64,000 nucleotides of DNA from Cycas panzhihuaensis (taxonomy: Eukaryota > Plantae > Cycadophyta): contig CM041465.1 in the NCBI GenBank assembly GCA_023213395.1, positions 167,903,741-167,967,740 on the forward strand. The letters are read 5' to 3'. Position numbers and translations under genes: made by a program. The notes beneath the pieces are model-generated. The model had not been told where the DNA came from. It ran no database searches and saw only the letters and a program-made list of their open reading frames with translations. This document shows, piece by piece, positions 57,501 to 64,000 of this stretch. Position 1 is the stretch's first letter. Each line of letters begins with the position of its first letter.

Positions 57501-58499
57501 ATGATAATGGATTAGGGTGAATAATTATGTGAGTGAAATGTATAAAGGATGAAGGAAAAAGTAAGATTAGATAAGAAAAAATAGATACAAGAGGTATGAT
57601 TTGAAAATGGAATGATGAGAAGGATATAAAACATTTCATAAACATAGGAAAGGACCTAAGGAATATATTTTGAAAGATGGGTATGATTATTAGTATATAG
57701 TACAAGTGAGATTAAGGAGTGACACATGTTTAAAGGTAATAAGAAAAATATAGTAAATGAGGGATTGAGAACATAATAAAAATTTTATATAGATACATAT
57801 CATGGAGAGAGGACTAAAAAACATTAGCCATAAAAAGCATTAATGAGCTATATTAATAGGAAAATTAGAAGCTAGTGTATATGGAAATTTGATTGGGGAA
57901 TGTAATATATGAAGTGCAAGTTCAGTAAGAAATAAATACAGGGGTAATGACATATGTAATAAAAGGAAAATAAATTTGGATCTATGAGTGAGCTTAGGGA
58001 ATGAGGGGTTTATAAGGGATGAGTAGGGAATAATAAATATTTGTTCTTTATGGGAAAGAGGTTTTGGCAAAGGCATGTAAGGGTGATATATAAAATATCA
58101 TATGAGGTAAAGTGAGAAACATGTTAAGAAGTGAGAAGGTTATAAGCAAGGTGATTTTGAATATAGAGAGAAAAAATTCAATGCTTTATAGAAGAAGTAT
58201 ACAATGATATAACTAAGGGATGAAACTTATTGAAAAAAGAGTGGAGGATGAGGAATATGGAGGTGGTGATAAAGGGATTCCCTAAGGAAATAGATATGAA
58301 GAGGTATATTAAGTGGAATAAAATTTTCACCTACTAAAATTAAGGATTTAGGGCTTCAAGTTTTAATTTAGTTATAAGATCTTGTTGTATAAGTGATGAG
58401 GGAATTTTCAAGGCTATAGAGTTTGTAAAATCAAGATGAGTAAGGAAACTTCCAAGAAAGATGGACAAGTGCAAGATATAATCAGAATTTAAAGTAATT

Positions 58500-59250
58500 G
58501 CCTTTTAAGAGATATCTCATGTTTTAGATTCTTCCTTAAGTTGCTTGTTGATAGTATTTCCTTACTTGATTAATGCATATCACTTAACTTTTCATCATGT
58601 TGTCTATTAATAAGCTCATCACTAGATTTAATATGCTTAGCTACTTCTTTCCTTTTCTCATCCCAATTCCTTATATTTTCCTCAAGACCTTCTAGTTTGG
58701 CTATCAATTTATTTAATGTATCTTATACTCTTAATAAGGATTCCTATCAATTTATTTCTCTATATTCTTCTTGTTATATTTCCATGATACTTGTAAAAGT
58801 TTCATCATTTTTATACTAATTCCCATTTGCCATTTCTAAACCCTTTTACCAAACCTATATAAAATCATCTTGAGAACAAAATCTAATTAGCCTAGGCAAA
58901 AAGCACTTTAGAGACATACTCGAGAGAGTAACCATCTAAATATGGTCTAATAATTAGGTTAAAATATTTTTTGAATCTTTATAGAGTGATTTCAAGGTAA
59001 ACTACAATCTTATCCAACCATTCTATGGGCTAGATTTTTTAATTATGAATGAAAATAAAAATTTATCCCTTATTCTTTAGGATTTCCTTTTAAGTATCAA
59101 AGATAAACTTTAAATAAAATCTAATACATCAATTTGTAACCAAATTATGTCATCTAATAGCTTAAAATAAAGGCCTCTAAACCAAAATTCTAATAGTTAA
59201 GATGAAATCAAATTTTGACACCTATAACAAAAGTTAAGGGTAAAAGGGTG
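58500..59250 (-). mobile_element. Probable highly decayed LINE endonuclease fragment
   Basis: Weak SDH-like and K....WK/WN-like remnants on the minus strand. Confidence 0.35.
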
Positions 59251-60299
59251 CAACTAGATTGTAAGGAAATAAAAAACTTAATGGAAAAGAGACATTTAGC
59301 CTATTTAAGCTTAGGGCCTAGTCATATGTAGTCATTATATGACTATTGACTATTATAATTAGGGGTAGACTTCAAATATTCATTAAATTTAATTTCATTT
59401 ATAAACTTAAGGAAAAGAAAAATGTATTAAGAAAAAACATTTACCCTTAAAATGCCATTTGAATAGGTCTACATAAAAATTTCATAATATTTATGAATCA
59501 ATACTTTAGTAAATCATGGCATTCTTCTAAGATTGAATGCTTTTGATATGTATAAAATTCCTTTGGTTGCTAATTTACCTTTGTAATAGTAAACAAATCT
59601 ATGTAAATATTCTTAGAGATTCATATTACCCAATGTAACCTTTGAAAGTGTAATTTGTCTTGCATGACTTGACTTAGAACTTAGCGTCAAAGGCCCAAGC
59701 TAAAAAGGGGATTCTAATGACTTTCTCTCAAGGACACATATGTGCCTATATGGTTGTAGGTACAAGAACATAATATGACTCCAATAGATGATTGGGATAT
59801 GTGTAAAAGATAGGGTAAAAGAGAGGAGCAAATGGGCAACTTATGTGGTTAAGCTATGATAAATAAATAATTATGATACAATTAAATAAACATGCAATAC
59901 ATTTACATAATTAGAGTATGAATGAAAAGAATAAAAACTAGAAGGGTTACCAATGAATAAGTGTTCCAAATGATGTTGAATCATTATGATCCTACCCTAC
60001 CCAAGGAGACTTACCTCTACCTATCCTACCCTCTAAATATAGTTATACATCAACTTACTCTAAAGAAAATGAAAGACTGATAGAAGAAGAGATGAAAAAG
60101 AAATTAGACCATAGATTAAGGACCTATTTATGGGTTAGTTGATGGAGACTCTCTCTCTCCTAGTAATACATGTAAATGTGGGAGGTCTATTGGTTCTTGC
60201 ATCTAATTTCAATAAGTATGTGACTCTTAGAGGTGAAGGAAGATAAAAAGAAACTACTCTTAATGAGATGAATGGTACTCACTTAATTCTCCTAACTAC

Positions 60300-61370
60300 G
60301 TACAGTTAGGATAATTACCCACCACTAGGTCACTTAGAACATGGGAAAAATAACCTAACATTAACTATAAGTCTATCCCTACCCCACTGGTGATGAAATT
60401 TAGTAAAGCTTAAATAATCCCTCCTCTTATATAAGTGAGACCTTATCCTTAAATAATATTAGAGAGTAGAGAGAAAATCCTAGATGCAATTATATGCTGT
60501 TTAGTTAGATGCGTAAAATAAATAAATTATCTAATGGATCTATGACCCATAAGTTTGATGTTACATAACCACTTGTGACCTATGGAACTTACTTAAATAT
60601 GTTTATGTCTAAGGCTATTAATGGTTAATGGTAGTCAATAACGTATATGTGTAAGAAAATTATTAACTACCAATATAATTGAAGACCATTTGTCCTGCTA
60701 ACGATGTTGGTCAAAAGAAGGCCTATTTTGTTTATTTATGCTTGATATTTGTAAAGGAAACTTGTTTTGTATTCTATATCTCATTTGAGATTATACTTCA
60801 GTATACTTTGTTGCTTATAAGCTTTATTTCATGTCTTTATGAGTGCTTATTCTATGTACTTTACATATTTAATCAATAAAGTGAATTATTTACCTTCCTA
60901 TTATATTCTTGAATTCTTGTGAATTATAAGAATGAGGAAGATTACTAGGAAAGAACCTACTAAGTGGTATTATAGTAAGGTATCAAATCTAAGAGAAGTA
61001 GCTATGCAAACCAAAGGGAGAAAAATAAAAAGGGAAAATTTCACTTTCTCTTGGTGAATCTCTTGAACCTTCCCTTTGTAAATCAATTATATTATAGTAT
61101 TTATTATGTCCTTAAGTAGTCAACTTCAAGCAAGTAGTAGATGTCAAAGTCCCATCTATCCCTTTCCCTAGTAGTTAGGTAGAGACCCTATATTAAGGGT
61201 CTTTAAACATCATGGGTATATATTATTCTAGGCTAAGCGTGTGAGGGTATATACATGTACATGAAACAAAGTGGATAACACCACTTACACAGGCCTCAAA
61301 TAGAACTCATCTATAGAAGTGAGCCTCTACATACCTTCAGGTATATCAAAGGACCCTCATAGGCTCCCCT
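60300..61370 (+). mobile_element. Decayed LTR plus Met-type PBS (near 60965) and start of an internal region
   Basis: TGGTATTATAG PBS-like motif after an LTR-like segment with TATATAA and AATAAA; left boundary uncertain. Confidence 0.45.
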
Positions 61371-64000
61371 TGAAATGGGTTAATCTCATAAGGTTATTAC
61401 ATTAATTGATTATTTCTAAAAAGGGTCTTAAGAGAACTTTAAATTAGATCACTTAAGTGAAATGCACTTTCATGTGCATTATGTGTAATTTCATTTCATC
61501 TAACTCTAATGCTTCCTCTCTTAATATAAAAGTAAAATCTCAATGAAAGAGGCTCATTCTTACCTTCCTATTTTGTGAGAGCTACTCTCTTTCTCTCAAC
61601 TCTCTCTTCCTACCATGTTTACCTTTGTGTTTAGTGCATAGATATGAAAGAGAGATCCACTCTTTTCATATGGTATCAGATCTTACTTCCTTCATATTCC
61701 TCACTTGCACTTGCAATGGAGCCATCACTTCCTCTCCCTCCATAATTCATGTGGTGAAGGTGATTGTGAAAGTGGATTCAGAAATATTTTCAAGTTTTTA
61801 TTATAGCATATTTAGTATTGTTTACTTTCCCTTTCTCTTTTATAGGTTTGGAAGCACAATACAAGGAGGTATAAGGCTAAAGGATTCCAATCCTTTGGTA
61901 GCCATTTATAGTATCTCATTCTTCTTTTCTTTCCCCTCTTTTTATCCATTTAACAAGAGGAAATGTTGCCAAAATTTTTCTAGCTTTTAGAAGAATGATT
62001 ATAAGGAGAGGTTCTACCTACTTTTTTTAAAGAATTTAGATCTATTTAAAATATCCATTATTGTATGCTCTTACCTTGCCTATATTGGGATCCTAATGAT
62101 TAGAAAATGATGGAAATTTCATATGGTATCATGTTTTGATGAGATATTAGCAAGCTAAAATTTCTGTAGAAATAAAATCCACTTATTAAAATTCATAGGT
62201 CTATAAAATCTTCTATAGAGCTCTAATTAACCTAATTCTAATTGCTAAAGATGAGGCTTTAATTCTAGTTTCTAACATAAGAATCAACACCCAATTTCAC
62301 TATCATATGAGAAAGTTATTGTTGTTTTAGTAAATAATATTTATTTTTAGTAAGAATTTTAAAAAATTATATTCTTCCAATTTTATAGGACTGCCAAAAA
62401 TTTTATAAAAGTCATTTGGACTTGATTCCACTTCCTAAAGATGAAGCTCTAAGTCTAATTTGTAGAACAAAACTTGGCACTCAATTTTGTTATTATAGGA
62501 GAAAGTTATTGCTATTTTAGTGAAAATTACTTTTTTTTTTATATATATTAAAAAAAAAAGAAGAAATTATCATTCTTTTTATAAGGCTTAAAAGCCCATT
62601 GTAAGAGTGATTATAAAAACACCTAGATCAGAGCAATATCTGGTGTCCTCACTCACTTATTAGCATTATATTTTAGCACTCCAAAATCATTTCAAGAAAG
62701 CAATCTAAAGACACTCCAAATAAGCACTCCAAGTAAGCACTCTATTTTTAGTTATATATGCATTTGATGCAAATTTGATAATCTTTTTATTCTCCCTAAA
62801 AAGAATGTGTCGTGTACATTATTTATTGCCATCTTGTATCTATTCACACACTTGCCAAGGTTGAGATATCTTGGTTGGAAAAATACTATGCCATAAAGGA
62901 AGTATGGATTTCAAGTTAGGACTGATTGAATCAGAATATTGGTAAGGTTTAGTTAGCCATACCATCATGCCTCAATTAGGGATCATCCTAATAACCAACT
63001 GGGAAAACTGAAACTTTAATACAAGATTAAAATATACATGATCTAATATCTGTCATAGCCATTGGTATGCATGTACCACTCTTTAAAAGAGGTATATATC
63101 TACTTATTAATAAACTCAGTGAGGATTAGGAGTACCTAGGCTCCATTGTGATTTAGATTTCATCACCAAACACAATTGTAGGTATCGCAGGTGAAGGCCA
63201 ACTTAATTCTACTAAAAGCTTAGGCATCCCTTCAATAACCTAAACCATATGTTGGACATAAGGTAAAGGTCATTGGGTTGATTATACATCCTACATTTGA
63301 GTTTCAAGTTGTGTATAGCCAATGATGTCAACTTCCATATTGACCTACAATATTATATATTAATCACTTACTTATTTATAATAAGTGATCCATAATGTAA
63401 TCACAATTATATTGCTTCTCATATTTCTACTATGTTAGGTTAATATTTTCCACAAGTGTTAGTGGCCAATTTTCATCATAATGCTTCTTATATTCCTGCT
63501 ACATCAGGTTAATATTTACCACAAGTGTTAGTGGCTAATTTTCATCTTAGTGCTTCTCATATTCCTATTATGTCAGGTTTATATTTGTTATAAGTATTGG
63601 TGACTTTTCTCAAAGTTGCTCCCTTTATCTTTAAGCAACCATTCTTACTTCTTCTTCCTTCTACTACACTACATTGCATCTCTTATTTGTAAATAATGAT
63701 TGGTCATTTATTGCCATCACTTTTATTGTCATTTATTCATTTCTTCCCTTCTTAAAAGATATCATTTCTTCACAGTTCAAGCAAAATATGAACTGTATTC
63801 TTAAATAGAAAGAAAATTGGGACATGTGGTTCACTGATATTAAAAATATTACAAAGTATGAAGGTCTTTGGAGAGATCACTTATAACTTATACTATTTGT
63901 TTTTGCTATAGCTACCACAACTACTTCTAGAGGAGGCACTCCCCACTGAAGTTGTAACCAAATGCTAATGGGAACTTGATGATGATAAAATCTGTGTAGG
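61371..64000 (+). mobile_element. Copia-1 copy 3: 5' LTR (61371-61668), PBS (61671-61682), about 2.1-kb leader, gag start near 63762
   Basis: Collinear with the reverse complement of 24015-22022 joined to 6495-5950; about 65-bp tandem repeats at about 63410-63610. Confidence 0.95.

Noticed and set aside
57500-58500. Purine-rich segment
   Set aside because: Too decayed to assign; no motif I can support.

Overview
This window is plant heterochromatin, probably from a large-genome lineage such as a gymnosperm (inferred from element types, not proven). It is almost entirely nested, transition-decayed retroelements, and I found no intact host gene. Reconstructed nesting: an old L1 LINE was hit by a full-length younger L1 (38384-44373) and by a Tat-like Ty3/gypsy element 'B' present as a tandem LTR-internal-LTR-internal array (37764 leftwards past position 1). 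B's second unit was hit by a solo LTR (24045-24716) and a Ty1/copia element (897-24015). That copia was hit by Tat-like gypsy 'A' (6501-22021). Element A is the most interesting. It is a gag-PR element whose RT, RNase H and integrase core were removed by an in-frame deletion. Its 3' region carries a head-to-head two-gene cassette: an antisense, intron-containing Plant-Mobile-Domain (PMD)-like gene with its own TATA box and palindrome, and a stand-alone 'archaeal-type' RNase H ORF behind a splice acceptor. Relative B keeps the RNase H ORF and the palindrome. The right third holds chromovirus and copia remnants, a 2-kb inversion flanked by a near-perfect 98-bp inverted duplication, and a short non-TE island that keeps CG/CHG sites (about 52.45-53.35 kb) and contains a phased TTGCAC array. 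Coordinates were read by eye. Element ends with TSDs should be exact to a few bases; internal domain limits are approximate.
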